From the NCBI GenBank assembly GCA_029259175.1, contig JAPDJH010000004.1:128001-192000 (forward strand): a DNA stretch of 64,000 nt. Reading direction: 5' to 3'. The notes under the pieces were generated by a model. That model was not told the DNA's origin and searched no databases. It worked only from the letters and a program-made list of their open reading frames with translations. Shown here piece after piece: positions 40,457-51,240 of this stretch. Position 1 is the first letter of the stretch; the number at the start of each line of letters is the position of its first letter. Made by a program: the position numbers and the translations under genes. The stretch is from Hadesarchaea archaeon. Lineage in GTDB: Archaea > Hadarchaeota > Hadarchaeia > Hadarchaeales > Hadarchaeaceae.

Positions 40457-40864
40457 TCAGGTCGAAACCCGTTGCCAAGACTCGATGAGATGGGGAACAG
40501 TGTCGTAGGTGGGGAGTTCCTCGGGAAGCACCCACCGGGCTTCCTCGTGTTCCCAGTCGAGACGGATGTGAGGGGTTGGGGTGCGAAAGCGGAAAGGGTG
40601 GATGATCCAGATCACGCCTACGGTGTGGTCGTGGAACTCGTAGGGCTCGCCGCGCTTGACCAGTTCGACGTTGGTGAGGCCCGTTTCCTCACGAATTTCT
40701 TTGAAAGCCGTCTGCTCGGGGGTCTCACCGGGCTCCACATAGCCGGCGACCGCGCCCCACTTTCCACGGTAGGTACGAACGAGCTGGCTTCGCTTCATAA
40801 TCAGGATCTTACGGTTGTGCTCTAGAAAGCAAGTCACGACGTGTTTCCGTGGGAGGGTCATCAA
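40457..40864 (-). CDS. NUDIX hydrolase
   Basis: GYVEPGETPEQTAFKEIREETGL Nudix box. Confidence 0.9.
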   Translation of the reverse strand: MMTLPRKHVVTCFLEHNRKILIMKRSQLVRTYRGKWGAVAGYVEPGETPEQTAFKEIREETGLTNVELVKRGEPYEFHDHTVGVIWIIHPFRFRTPTPHIRLDWEHEEARWVLPEELPTYDTVPHLIESWQRVST

Positions 40865-40903
40865 AAAACAGTTTGTCGATTATGATTTTAATAGAGTTGG
40901 TGG

Positions 40904-41157
40904 TGTCCCATATGGGACACCACATCGCCTCTTGATACTTCGAGCGAAATCAAGCCACAACTATGGGACACTCGACAGAAATCGATCTGTTGTACAGTGT
41001 CCCATATGGGACAGTTCTATAGAGTTGGTGTGGCGGAAATAGATTTTTTTGAAAAAAACCAATACCTTCCTCGCGCATGTCCCATATGGGACGTTCCGCC
41101 AGATCAGTTTCATTAATCAAGACTGTGAAGCACGTTCAGATTGTCCCATATGGGACA
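40904..41157. repeat. Cluster 1 of 16-bp palindrome TGTCCCATATGGGACA
   Basis: Perfect copies at 40904, 40998, 41142; one mismatch at 41078; half-site at 40962-40970. Confidence 0.95.
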
Positions 41158-41201
41158 TCGCTCAAAGGTATTTTTAACGAATGGAATCAATGAGAAAATG
41201 T

Positions 41202-41274
41202 GGGCCCGTGGTCTAGTGGTTATGACGTCACCCTGACACGGTGGAGGTCGTGGGTTCGAATCCCACCGGGCCCA
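41202..41274 (+). tRNA. tRNA-Val(GAC)
   Basis: TCACC-CTGACAC-GGTGG; complete cloverleaf. Confidence 0.95.
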
Positions 41275-41479
41275 CCTTTTCCGGCAACCGATTCTTTGAG
41301 AACAAGCGTCAGAAGCATCGGCCATTGAATCCCGTCTTTACAACTTCTCCTACGTGGTCACTCTGCTGGCATATGGGTTTAGAGAAGAACAAGTTCAATT
41401 CCTCCGAGTATGGCGGGAGAAGAGCTGGCAGATCTTCACATCAAGCTCCGATTCCGACCGGATCTTCGCGCTCATACCG

Positions 41480-42406
41480 TTAAGCAGCGGCTCTCCGCAT
41501 CAGCTCAAACATCCGGTCGATAGCTGACTTGGTTTTGGCTGCTATGGGCTCCTCAACTTTTACCTCGTGCTTTTCGTCGCGCAACGCTAGGTAAAGCTTT
41601 TCCAAGTTGTGCTCCTTCATTTGCTCGCACACCGCCGTTTCCAGCGCCGGTATGAACTCCTTGTCCGGGAGCTCTCGCTTGAGCCGGTAGATCATCCCAA
41701 CCTCGGTTCCTATGATGAAGCGCTTTGCTGGCGACTCTTGGGCATACGATAACATCTGACTGGTGCTACAGATCCGGTCTGCAAGTTTCTGAACTTCCGG
41801 GTCGCACTCGGGGTGAACCAAAACCTCGGCATCGGGATGCTGTTTCTTTTTTAGAAGGATATCTGCTGGTGTGAACATCCGGTGTACATAGCAGTAACCC
41901 TGATCCGGAATCGCGATAACTCTTTTTGATGATCTCTGCTGCACAAACCACGCCAAGTTCTTATCCGGTCCGAATATGACCGTGTCCTCTTCTAGCGCGT
42001 TAACTACCTTCGGAGCGTTCGCCGAGGTGCACACGGCCGTCGCCTCGGCCTTTGCTTCCGCCAGCGTGTTCACGTACAAGACGACCGGAGCATCTGGATA
42101 TCGCCGCTTCGCCCGTCTAACTTCTTCAGCCGGAAGCTGCGCCGCCATGGGGCACCTAGCGGCGGGATCCGGAATCAAAACTTTCTTGTCGGGGTTGAGA
42201 ACCGCTGCCATCTCAGCCATGAAGTTAACGCCGCAGAAAACCACAATCTCAGCATCCAGCTCGGTTGAAGCCCTCGCCAATTCAAGAGAATCGCCCAGAA
42301 TGTCAGCCAAGTCTTGAATCTCAGGTCTCTGGTAGTTGTGGGCCAGGATGATGGCGCGCTTCTTTTCTTTCAGGGCCCTTATTTTTTGACTCAACCCCTC
42401 GCCCAT
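41480..42406 (-). CDS. nadA: Quinolinate synthase
   Basis: [32 protein letters not shown]. Confidence 0.95.
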   Translation of the reverse strand: MGEGLSQKIRALKEKKRAIILAHNYQRPEIQDLADILGDSLELARASTELDAEIVVFCGVNFMAEMAAVLNPDKKVLIPDPAARCPMAAQLPAEEVRRAKRRYPDAPVVLYVNTLAEAKAEATAVCTSANAPKVVNALEEDTVIFGPDKNLAWFVQQRSSKRVIAIPDQGYCYVHRMFTPADILLKKKQHPDAEVLVHPECDPEVQKLADRICSTSQMLSYAQESPAKRFIIGTEVGMIYRLKRELPDKEFIPALETAVCEQMKEHNLEKLYLALRDEKHEVKVEEPIAAKTKSAIDRMFELMRRAAA

Positions 42407-42467
42407 GGTTTCGATAACACCATTATACCCAACCCTATTTAAGCAGAGAACCGAAAAGATGAGAACG

Positions 42468-43253
42468 ATGCCGGTCTTTGAACCCGTGAGCGAGCGCGAG
42501 ATCACCCGAGCCATCGTCCAAGAGTTCGCCAAAGAACTCCAGCGCCACGCGGAAAGCGACGTCATCGTGGTGGGTGGCGGACCAAGTGGCCTCATGGCGG
42601 CCCGCGAACTCGCACGCAAGAACATCCGAGTCCTCGTGATCGAACGCAACAACTACCTCGGGGGCGGCTTCTGGATAGGCGGCTATCTCATGAACAAGAT
42701 CACGGTCCGGGCCCCAGGACAGGAGATCCTAGACGAACTAAAAGTCCCCTACACCGAGTTCTCAAAGGGTCTCTATGTCGCGGACGGGCCGCACGCGTGC
42801 TCAAAACTCATTGCTGCCGCCTGCGACGCCGGAGCCAAGATCCTCAACATGACATTCATCGAGGACGTGGTGTTGCGCGAAAACAACCGCGTTGGCGGCG
42901 TGGTCGTGAACTGGACTCCCATCAGCGCCCTGCCACGCGAAATAACGTGCGTAGATCCCGTGGGGCTCGAAGCAAAATTCGTTGTGGACGCCACTGGACA
43001 CGACGCAGCGGTGGTCCGACTGCTGGAGCGGCGCGGTCTGGTTAAAGTCCCCGGCTACGGCGCGATGTGGCTCGAGCGCTCGGAGGACGCGATAGTCGAA
43101 CATACTGGCGAGTTCTATCCCGGGTTGGCTGTCACAGGAATGGCGGTATCTACGGCTTATGGTCTGCCAAGAATGGGGCCGACTTTTGGAGCGATGCTGT
43201 TGAGCGGGAAGCGAGTGGCCGAGGTAATCCATGAGAAGCTCAAAGGCACTTAG
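42468..43253 (+). CDS. thi4: Thiazole synthase Thi4 (Cys-type)
   Basis: [41 protein letters not shown]. Confidence 0.93.
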   Translation: MPVFEPVSEREITRAIVQEFAKELQRHAESDVIVVGGGPSGLMAARELARKNIRVLVIERNNYLGGGFWIGGYLMNKITVRAPGQEILDELKVPYTEFSKGLYVADGPHACSKLIAAACDAGAKILNMTFIEDVVLRENNRVGGVVVNWTPISALPREITCVDPVGLEAKFVVDATGHDAAVVRLLERRGLVKVPGYGAMWLERSEDAIVEHTGEFYPGLAVTGMAVSTAYGLPRMGPTFGAMLLSGKRVAEVIHEKLKGT

Positions 43254-44010
43254 AATCTTCATCTACCGAGATCCGGATCCCAATATTTTAAAGTGGACAG
43301 AACTTCGGGAGTACCTCAAAAAAAGAGTTGGATGCACGGTTGAGATCCGGGAGCCCCTCTTCAAGCAAAACGAGTCTCTAGCCCGAGCATTCGCTGCAGC
43401 ACGAGTCCATGACCCGCTAAAGCCGCTTGCGAATCGTGAGCCTCTCCCATCAGAAATCCAAATCGAAGAGAAATTTCTTGGGGCGCAAAAGCAGATCCCA
43501 GGAGTGCTCTACGACGGCCTCGAGATCCAGCGCCTGTGCCTCGGACTTCTGCCCGTTGGAGAGCGAACGAGAGACCATCTCCACCTCGTCTTCGTCAACC
43601 GATTGATCGGGACATATGAACAGGACGGCCGCTATCACATTCATGCTGCAGTTTTCGGCTTTCCTACTCTATTGTCTGTGCAGGGAGTTGTTTTTGGACC
43701 TGCAAGGCCAAAAGAATACTACACCCTGCGAGGCCAACTGAGCGAGGAGGAACTCTACGAGCGGCTCGAGCGCCGCTTTCTCGTGCTGGACGATCCGAGG
43801 CTGACCGAGGTCGTCAAGGGTTACGCGATACAAGCCGTTTTCTACCACGTCTTCGGAAACCCGTTCTGCGAGAACAGTCAGTGCCGTCTCTACAATGCCC
43901 GCTGGCAGGAAGAACTGCTAAAGGCCCAGCTCAGCTCCCCTGAGTTCTGCGAGCGTCACGAACAAATGCTGCAAGAGTTCAAATCCGAAATCACTGGCAC
44001 GCCCTGCTAA
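43231..44010 (+). CDS. Archaeal hypothetical protein (putative metallopeptidase-like)
   Basis: [30 protein letters not shown]. Confidence 0.6.
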   Translation: MRSSKALRIFIYRDPDPNILKWTELREYLKKRVGCTVEIREPLFKQNESLARAFAAARVHDPLKPLANREPLPSEIQIEEKFLGAQKQIPGVLYDGLEIQRLCLGLLPVGERTRDHLHLVFVNRLIGTYEQDGRYHIHAAVFGFPTLLSVQGVVFGPARPKEYYTLRGQLSEEELYERLERRFLVLDDPRLTEVVKGYAIQAVFYHVFGNPFCENSQCRLYNARWQEELLKAQLSSPEFCERHEQMLQEFKSEITGTPC

Positions 44011-44681
44011 GTCGCTGCTAAGGACTCCAAAAAGTCACTCAGATCCTCGTCCAGCGTTTTAAGCTCAACGATTCTTTCCATCTCCCGCTCAACCAGCTGC
44101 CGCAGACCAATTCTGGCCTCGATTTCGTTCACCTCCCTCCGCTTCGCTGCGGTTCGTGGACGGCGAGGTGTCGCATAACAGCAGCTGGCATGAGTCTCCC
44201 GCCAGAGCCCCAGCTGCTTGGCGAGACGCTCGATCTCCAGCTTATCCATCGCGAGTAGCGGCCGGAGGATCGGATATCGAATGCCCGCCGACACCGCCTG
44301 CAGGTTCTGCAACGTCTGCGACGCCTTCTGGCCCAGCGATTCGCCCGTGACTATCCCCGACGCCTCCACACGATCACACAGGAGCTCAGCGGCCATCAGC
44401 ATCCCACGACGGCACAGCACGCACGCGTGTCTGCCAGCTTGGCGGAGCACGCATCTCAAAACCCGGCTCCACGGAAAGAGAAATGCGCGGGCAAACCGTG
44501 TCTTCCTTTTTAAAACACGTAAAACATCCACTGCCACGTAGAAATTATCCTCGCATGTGTAGGGATAAAGAGCAAAGTGCACGGGAACTACTTCGAAGCC
44601 ACGGGCCGCAAGCGCACACGCGACCGGAGAGTCTATGCCCCCCGACACCAAACACACGACGCGCTCCACCAGCATTCCCAT
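44007..44681 (-). CDS. ThiI-like PP-loop sulfurtransferase without THUMP domain
   Basis: SGGIDSPVA, CVLCRR, TGESLGQKASQTL, RPL. Confidence 0.8.
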   Translation of the reverse strand: MGMLVERVVCLVSGGIDSPVACALAARGFEVVPVHFALYPYTCEDNFYVAVDVLRVLKRKTRFARAFLFPWSRVLRCVLRQAGRHACVLCRRGMLMAAELLCDRVEASGIVTGESLGQKASQTLQNLQAVSAGIRYPILRPLLAMDKLEIERLAKQLGLWRETHASCCYATPRRPRTAAKRREVNEIEARIGLRQLVEREMERIVELKTLDEDLSDFLESLAAT

Positions 44682-44817
44682 CGCCTCATCGGCGGCCGCC
44701 TATATCAACCATTCGTTTTTATAACAACGTTATGAATAAACTCGAGTTAAAACAATTGGCCGGAAAGACCAATAATTACTTCGACTGGAGTTCCGCTCAA
44801 AAACCTGAAACCCTGAA

Positions 44818-46026
44818 TCATTTTGAAATACTCAATCCGTATTTCTCTGCAATTTCCAAAAACGCCTCTGCAACTTTTTCTATTCGCTCACGGCTTAACC
44901 CGTACGTGTTCAATTTGAAATGCTTGGTTAAACCAGGCTGAATACCAACTATTCCTCGATCTCTCAACTCCTCGTACAGAAAGAATCCCCTGCGCTTGTG
45001 ATGTCGGGAAACTTCGTACAAACCCTCGGACTCCATGTGGATCAGCGTGTGATCTTTGGGCCTGACACCCAGCTGCCGCGTCCCCTCTATGCGCTCGAGC
45101 TGTTCAACCAGCCACCGGGCGTTCTCCACCTCCTCCGGCCATCTCTCGACTCGCTCGACCACGTGGGGAAAGGAGGCCATCATCGAAATGAGAGGACCAC
45201 CCATCACGGTACAACCAAGCAGCGCGTATTCTTTTATGCTAAACTTCCGTCCTGTCAGATCTCCCACGATCTGTGACGGCGCGAGCACTCGCTTCGCCAT
45301 CTCCTTGGTCAGCGCAAGTACACCGGTGGAGGCACTCGCTGCCCAAGATTTATGACCGCTCCCTGTAATGATATCCGCTCCGAGCTCTCTCCCATCGATG
45401 GGCATCACACCCGCCGTGTAAGCGGCATTCAGCAAAAACGGAACTTCGTACTCGTGAGCTATCTCTGCCACCCGTCTGGCATCGTTCAAATTGCCGTAGA
45501 GATAGTCCACATGGGTCAAAACCACGACCGCAGGCAATTTTCCGGTTTCGCGCTTTACCTCTTCTATCTTTGCCGCATAAGCATCGAGATCTACTCGAAA
45601 TTCCGGATACCCGCTGTTCGGGACCTCTTTAATCTTCATCATGGCAAGCTCGGCCGCAACGTAGGTGGAATAGTGGGCCAGGCTGTCGATTACCACCACA
45701 TCCCCCGGTCTACCAAGCATTCTGAACGCTATGAACTGCGCCTCGCGACACCGGGTCACGACACGCGCCACATCCATTCCAAGAAATTCCGCCAAGTCTT
45801 CAACGAAATCCGCTATGGGAGGCCGGGTAACCTTATCCAACCGGGGGGTTTTTGCAGGGCACCAATCACACGTAGAATACCCATCCCCAAATTCTGCCAA
45901 TGCTTCTCTCGCCTCAGCGGTAAGAACCCCTCCACGCTGAATTGGATTGAGGTTGATATACCGATCCTCCTTAAAATCTCTCCTCAGATTCCGATACTTC
46001 TTCAGTCTCTCTTCGGAAAGCTTCAT
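44818..46026 (-). CDS. pscS: O-phosphoseryl-tRNA:Cys-tRNA synthase (SepCysS)
   Basis: INLNPIQRGGVLT, GDGYSTCDWC, AHYST, SGHKSWAAS, LLGCT. Confidence 0.92.
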   Translation of the reverse strand: MKLSEERLKKYRNLRRDFKEDRYINLNPIQRGGVLTAEAREALAEFGDGYSTCDWCPAKTPRLDKVTRPPIADFVEDLAEFLGMDVARVVTRCREAQFIAFRMLGRPGDVVVIDSLAHYSTYVAAELAMMKIKEVPNSGYPEFRVDLDAYAAKIEEVKRETGKLPAVVVLTHVDYLYGNLNDARRVAEIAHEYEVPFLLNAAYTAGVMPIDGRELGADIITGSGHKSWAASASTGVLALTKEMAKRVLAPSQIVGDLTGRKFSIKEYALLGCTVMGGPLISMMASFPHVVERVERWPEEVENARWLVEQLERIEGTRQLGVRPKDHTLIHMESEGLYEVSRHHKRRGFFLYEELRDRGIVGIQPGLTKHFKLNTYGLSRERIEKVAEAFLEIAEKYGLSISK

Positions 46027-46817
46027 CCTCTACTCCTCCGGCCGCATATCTCACAGTGGGGATCGCGCTCAACTTTCATTACTTCAAACACCATCTCCAT
46101 ACCATCAAATATTAGCAACCGGCCTATCAATGGTCTCCCAAGACCTGTGATCAGTTTTATCGCTTCCATTGCCTGCAAACAACCTATCACGCCCGGGGTT
46201 GCTCCGAGTACCGGGAATGCCCGCTTTCGCGGCGGGAGTGACGGAACCAAACACTGCAAACACGGCCCCTTCTTGGGCACAATAGTCATCAGCTGACCCA
46301 GGGTTCCCTCCACGGCCCCGTGAACAAGTGGAATTCTGTGCTTTACACAGGCTCGGTTCAGCGCATACCTAGCAGGATAGTTGTCCGTGGCATCCACCAC
46401 CACATCGGCACCGCGCACAAGAGGGTCCGCATTTTCGTTTGCCACATGCAGAGATTTTCCCCTCACCCGCACATTTGGATTGAGAGCTCTCAGCTTCTCC
46501 ATCGCCGAATCAGTTTTCTGGCGTCCGATGTCTTTATCCCAGTGCAAAATCTGACGATTGAGATTTGAGAGCTCTACTCGCTGATCGTCCACGAGCGTTA
46601 GCTTCCCCACACCCGCCGCTGTCAAATAAATACTGACCGGAGACCCCAGACCGCCCAATCCTACAACCACCACATGCGCTCGCTTCAATTTGAGCTGACC
46701 TTTCCGACCAAAACCCGCAATCAACATCTGCCGACTATAACGTTCGAGTTCTTGAGGAGACAGTTTAGTCCTCATACCATTACCCTTTGGACTCCTGCTA
46801 AAAATACTTCCAACCAT
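46023..46817 (-). CDS. E1-like ThiF/MoeB/UbaA adenylyltransferase
   Basis: RYSRQ, GLGGLG, SNLNRQ, CLQC, CEIC; start may be further downstream. Confidence 0.9.
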   Translation of the reverse strand: MVGSIFSRSPKGNGMRTKLSPQELERYSRQMLIAGFGRKGQLKLKRAHVVVVGLGGLGSPVSIYLTAAGVGKLTLVDDQRVELSNLNRQILHWDKDIGRQKTDSAMEKLRALNPNVRVRGKSLHVANENADPLVRGADVVVDATDNYPARYALNRACVKHRIPLVHGAVEGTLGQLMTIVPKKGPCLQCLVPSLPPRKRAFPVLGATPGVIGCLQAMEAIKLITGLGRPLIGRLLIFDGMEMVFEVMKVERDPHCEICGRRSRG

Positions 46818-46820
46818 CGG

Positions 46821-47579
46821 TCAAGATTTTATACCGGGAACGACTCCTCCACCAACCGGGACGGGACTCCTCTCATCAAAGGTTATAATCTCTGGAACCT
46901 CGCCCCAAACACCCACGTGTTCTCCACGTATTATCAGACATCCTTCTATCTCACGTATCCGGCTAGCCCGGTTCAACCCGTCTAAAATCGACTGTCGTGT
47001 GTCGGAACCGCGCACAGAATTCGCAACCGAAGTCGCAGCAGCGTCAGCTACCGAAGCCTCTCGGGCAAAGACCACGGTGGCGTCGGCATCGCCAAAACTA
47101 ATCGAGTGTCCGATCGAACCAGAACTCGTACATATTCCGAGCGGCAATCTGGCCGATTTTATCAGAAAACCCAACTTACTGGATGTGCTGGCGGTGCCCG
47201 CATAAACTCCTACTATAAAATCTCGATCTCCCGCTATCGCAATGTCTCCACCATTTTCGACCAGCACATTCCTCGCTCCTTGCTCCAGAGCGGCCTCCAT
47301 GGCTATCTGAGAAATCGCTCCGGCAACCGCTGCAAAAGGACCGACCCGCGCAAGCTTTCCGGCCCTCAACATCAGCTCGATCACCCGCGGGTGTTCTCCC
47401 TCGAGCTCAACGGGTTCAAGTGACCAACGAAACTCTGGATAGGTCACAGCATAACGCTCCACCTCTTGTCTGGCCCTCAATGCCGCTTCTACCGCTGCAT
47501 CGATCGCGCGCGCGTCGTCGGATTTTATAGTGAGTGCAGTCTCCTTGTAAACCCAGCGCTGAACGAGCAAATCCACCAC
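46821..47579 (-). CDS. ApbE-like UPF0280 protein
   Basis: VGPFAAVAG, VENGGDI, ICTSSGSIGHSISFG, ADAAAT. Confidence 0.85.
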   Translation of the reverse strand: MVDLLVQRWVYKETALTIKSDDARAIDAAVEAALRARQEVERYAVTYPEFRWSLEPVELEGEHPRVIELMLRAGKLARVGPFAAVAGAISQIAMEAALEQGARNVLVENGGDIAIAGDRDFIVGVYAGTASTSSKLGFLIKSARLPLGICTSSGSIGHSISFGDADATVVFAREASVADAAATSVANSVRGSDTRQSILDGLNRASRIREIEGCLIIRGEHVGVWGEVPEIITFDERSPVPVGGGVVPGIKS

Positions 47580-47580
47580 C

Positions 47581-47976
47581 TCACAACCTCGGAATCTTCA
47601 AAGCGCGCACCGGACACGCAGGAACACAGATCTCACACAAAACACACTTCTGCTCATCCAGACCCAGCGAGGCATCCTCTTTCAGATACAATGCCTTGGT
47701 TGGACAGAGCGAAACACAAGCCCCACAGTGAACGCAGGAATCCCAGTCCACCCTGATCGCGTCTTTTATCTCTTGAAATTCTATTCCGCGTTTCGAGAGA
47801 GCGCTAAAAATCCGCTCCGCGTCCGAGTCCTTAACGGAAATCAGGATCTCCCCACCCTTTGTGTCCATGTCCGCATACAGGATGTTTACCAACACTCCCG
47901 TCTCTTTAATCACCGAAGCCAAAACAGGCTCCGCCGCTTTCTCCGCCGAGTATCGAAGCAAGATCCGCCTCGTCAT
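47581..47976 (-). CDS. NIL-domain ferredoxin (homocysteine synthesis partner)
   Basis: VNILYA plus two CxxCxxCxxxCP motifs. Confidence 0.88.
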   Translation of the reverse strand: MTRRILLRYSAEKAAEPVLASVIKETGVLVNILYADMDTKGGEILISVKDSDAERIFSALSKRGIEFQEIKDAIRVDWDSCVHCGACVSLCPTKALYLKEDASLGLDEQKCVLCEICVPACPVRALKIPRL

Positions 47977-49475
47977 TTTCTCCCACCTCCAATCAGCTTT
48001 GAAATATCATCGCTCGTCACTATCCCCCTGAGCCTGCCGCGAGCATCAACAACCGGAACACCAGAGATCCCGAATTTATCCAGCTTTCTTGCAACGGCAT
48101 CTATGGGCTCGTCTTCCCGCGCGGTTATCACCTGCCGTGTCATTATTTCCGAAAGCTTCTGCTTGCCCTTTCCCACCGAAACCGCAATATCCCACGAAGT
48201 CACTATCCCGATCACGCGGTTTTCATCGTCCACAATGGGGAGGTGATCAAAGTTCTTCTCCGCGAATATCCGAGCCGCTTTGGTGATCGGATCCTCCGGC
48301 CTACCTACGACCACTTCGCGGGTCATTACCGCACCTGCCGTTATGATCCGCGTCGGCTGTTTCATCGGGCGGAACTCCATATCCACAGGAAGCTGGCGCA
48401 CCGGAGCGGTGAGGGAAAACTCCCCTCGCTCTATCAGCTCCTTGAGTTTCTCAGCGATTTCTCTCGCCACTTTGAGACTGCTGAGCGGACTGACCGGGAC
48501 TTCCCGACCGTTCAATTCGATCTTGCCCTCCCACAGCTCCGCATAGGTCAACTGCTTGAGCACCGGCCTGTCCCGTCGCGGAACTCCGTAGTCGAGCAAA
48601 TCAATTTTAATCTCCTCATTGCTCCTGCCAGCGGTCCTCGCCAAATCCTCGTCTAGAATCGGTATCGGAATCCCGATACCCACAAACAGCGATGTTCCAT
48701 AGCGATGGATGTTCGCGCCACGCAGATACCGGGGTGACATCTCTTTTAAATCGCCCACCGTCATCAGCGTGCCCAGCTCTCGCTTCGGATCGTGCTGAGT
48801 GCCTTCCCAAACCACATATCCCTGAGCTCCGCCAATGAAAATTCGAGTTCCCGTGCCAATGGTCCGATAGGTGGGGTCTTTGTTCAGCGGACTGAGTTCC
48901 CCAGTACCAGCAAACGTAACGTTTCTGAATTCTGGAAGCAGGGTGCCCATATAGGTATAAATGGTCTCCTTCCGTGAATTGGTGGCAGCAACGTATCGTT
49001 GGTGAGCGTTTCTCGGATTCAGCAAAACGGCTTGGTTGAGGTCATGGATGGTTATGGTCGTCTCCAGCTCCCTGCGCGGATAGCAATCGGTCCCGTATGC
49101 CAGAGCCCTAACATGGATCTCTTCGCCTCTGACCAAGTCCTCGATCACGTGGCCTCCTCCATAGTCGAACCCCCGGGTTTCACTCAGCTGTGCGGCACCG
49201 ATATATGCATCGACTGCTGCCACCCCTGTATACGCTTCGACATCGTTGAGCCAAACGCGTTGCATCTTGATGGGCGGATCAGCGTGCCCAAAGTTTAGCC
49301 AGGCACCCGAGCTACACATCGCACCAAACGTCCCGGTGGTCACCACATCAACTTCTTTTGCCGCTGCTACGGCCCCCTTGCTCTTGACTATCTCGACCAT
49401 CTCCTCGGCGGTAACGACCACGGCATCTCCACGCCTGATGCGCTCGTTGATTTCCTCGATTGTTTTCTTAACCAT
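47973..49475 (-). CDS. Aspartate-semialdehyde sulfurtransferase (DUF39-CBS)
   Basis: KTIEEINERI, VDVVTTGTFGAMCSSG, C-terminal CBS pair. Confidence 0.9.
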   Translation of the reverse strand: MVKKTIEEINERIRRGDAVVVTAEEMVEIVKSKGAVAAAKEVDVVTTGTFGAMCSSGAWLNFGHADPPIKMQRVWLNDVEAYTGVAAVDAYIGAAQLSETRGFDYGGGHVIEDLVRGEEIHVRALAYGTDCYPRRELETTITIHDLNQAVLLNPRNAHQRYVAATNSRKETIYTYMGTLLPEFRNVTFAGTGELSPLNKDPTYRTIGTGTRIFIGGAQGYVVWEGTQHDPKRELGTLMTVGDLKEMSPRYLRGANIHRYGTSLFVGIGIPIPILDEDLARTAGRSNEEIKIDLLDYGVPRRDRPVLKQLTYAELWEGKIELNGREVPVSPLSSLKVAREIAEKLKELIERGEFSLTAPVRQLPVDMEFRPMKQPTRIITAGAVMTREVVVGRPEDPITKAARIFAEKNFDHLPIVDDENRVIGIVTSWDIAVSVGKGKQKLSEIMTRQVITAREDEPIDAVARKLDKFGISGVPVVDARGRLRGIVTSDDISKLIGGGRK

Positions 49476-49541
49476 GCCCGTCTCACCCTCCCCATTCTCG
49501 ATAGTTATATTTATAAAGTTTTTTTATTCCTGCTAGTTATA

Positions 49542-51137
49542 TCAAAACTCTCCACGCCGAATTTCCTCAATTTGCTGAACAAACTTGCGATATGCCTCCG
49601 TTTGCTTCAGCCGGTCCACATCCCGCTTGTACAGATCGTCCTGAAGCCTGCGTCCCGTCCTGCGCTCCCACTCCTCAATCGGAATCCCCTGGCTCTCTTG
49701 GTCCTTGTCCCGATACCACTCCGGAATGACATTGAACGCACAGAACGGAATCACGCGCTTGTCAGTCATCGCGTAGTGAATACAGCAGCGCTTCACGCGT
49801 TCGATGTCGTAGTTGTACAAATCCATGAAGTGCATCATCCCGATAAACAGACTCTTCATGTGGAACTGGCCGAGCGCATCGTAATTGTGCTTTATGAAAA
49901 TGTTGTAGAGAATCTTATTGATATCCAGATCCTTCGGTTTTTGTTTGCCATCTATGAACTTGCCGATGCTGGCCAGCAGCTTGAGGCCCACCCATCGCTT
50001 GCTCTTCCCTTGCCTCAGCTCCTCCGTCTTCTCCTTCAGGTACTCCAGCAGGCCCTCAACATCGATGAACCGGGTGATCGGAATCAGCTTTCCGTTCTCT
50101 TTGAACACGTACGTCGCCGCACCGCAGGCGAAGTGGGAACTCAGATCATAAGTGGGGTGACCCACAAGCGCCTCCACGAACTCGCTGATTATCATAGCAG
50201 TGGGGACCGGGAAGAAATCCTCCATCGTTATGGCCCCGTCGGTCTGCTCCTCTATCCGCTTGATTACATCAGGGATAGTGATGCGGTACTTGTCCCGCTC
50301 CTTCCGCGGCATGCGGCCCACCAGCGCCACCGGCTGAAAGTTCACACTCCGGACGATGTCCATGTTCTTGAACCCGTACTTGAGGATGTCGCCGACCTCG
50401 TGATCGTTGACTGACTTAATCACCGTCGGCACCAAGACGATTCCGAGTCCCACCTTGCGGGCGTTCTCTATGGTCAATGGCACCTCCCAGTGGTTTTTCG
50501 GATTGGCTTGTTCTGAAACCCCATCAAAGCTGAGGTAGAGGGTGTTCACCCCTGCTTCCCGAACCCGCTTCACCAGCTCGGGATCGAACGCCAGCCGTAT
50601 CCCATTGGTGTTGAGCTGAACGTGGTCGATCCCGTGCTTTTTCACTATTTTAATGATGTCCACCAAATCGTCTCGAAGAAGCGGCTCTCCCCCCGTAAGC
50701 TGAACTGCGTTGCAGGCAATCGGGCGCTCACTTCTGATGACTCCCACCATCTCGTCGATTTGTTCCAGCGTCGGCTCGTAGACGTAGCCCACCTTACGGG
50801 CGAAAAAGAAGCAATACCAGCAACTGAGGTCGCAGCGGTTCGTAACCACTATGTTCGCAAGCGCCGTGTGGCTCTTGTGGAGCTTGCAGAGACCGCAGTC
50901 TCGGGGACAGACGGGCGCCTCTTTGGTCACCTGCGGGTTCTCAATTCCCTTCCCGTCCTTCGCGTAGCGCTCCGCCCGTCGATACCATTCATAGGATCCG
51001 TGGTACAAATCCTCAAATTCGCCGTGTTCCGGACAGGTTTTCTTGATCCACACCTTGCCGTCTCGTTCAAAGATAGTGGCCGGAAGGGTTCTCAAGCACT
51101 CCGGACAAAGCGAGGCGGTCTTTCTAATTTCTTGCAT
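49542..51137 (-). CDS. tes: Radical SAM tetraether lipid synthase
   Basis: N-terminal SLCPEC..CPEHG, CPRDCGLC, CDLSCWYC, C-terminal RCCIHY..IPFCAFN. Confidence 0.85.
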   Translation of the reverse strand: MQEIRKTASLCPECLRTLPATIFERDGKVWIKKTCPEHGEFEDLYHGSYEWYRRAERYAKDGKGIENPQVTKEAPVCPRDCGLCKLHKSHTALANIVVTNRCDLSCWYCFFFARKVGYVYEPTLEQIDEMVGVIRSERPIACNAVQLTGGEPLLRDDLVDIIKIVKKHGIDHVQLNTNGIRLAFDPELVKRVREAGVNTLYLSFDGVSEQANPKNHWEVPLTIENARKVGLGIVLVPTVIKSVNDHEVGDILKYGFKNMDIVRSVNFQPVALVGRMPRKERDKYRITIPDVIKRIEEQTDGAITMEDFFPVPTAMIISEFVEALVGHPTYDLSSHFACGAATYVFKENGKLIPITRFIDVEGLLEYLKEKTEELRQGKSKRWVGLKLLASIGKFIDGKQKPKDLDINKILYNIFIKHNYDALGQFHMKSLFIGMMHFMDLYNYDIERVKRCCIHYAMTDKRVIPFCAFNVIPEWYRDKDQESQGIPIEEWERRTGRRLQDDLYKRDVDRLKQTEAYRKFVQQIEEIRRGEF

Positions 51138-51240
51138 TCTCCCTATTTATCACCCCGTAGTGGCAATTTAAAGATTTGCCCACCCGTTCCCGATTCTAAC
51201 AAAAAGATTTAGCGATGATTACCAAAGTTGGATTGAGACG

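Noticed and set aside
40904-41157. Palindrome clusters as a CRISPR array
   Set aside because: The repeat is only 16 bp and fully palindromic, spacing is irregular (43-89 bp), and there are no cas genes in the window
49572-50414. Long antisense ORFs (also 35054-35896, 45352-46296, 57539-58270)
   Set aside because: Shadows of well-supported genes on the opposite strand
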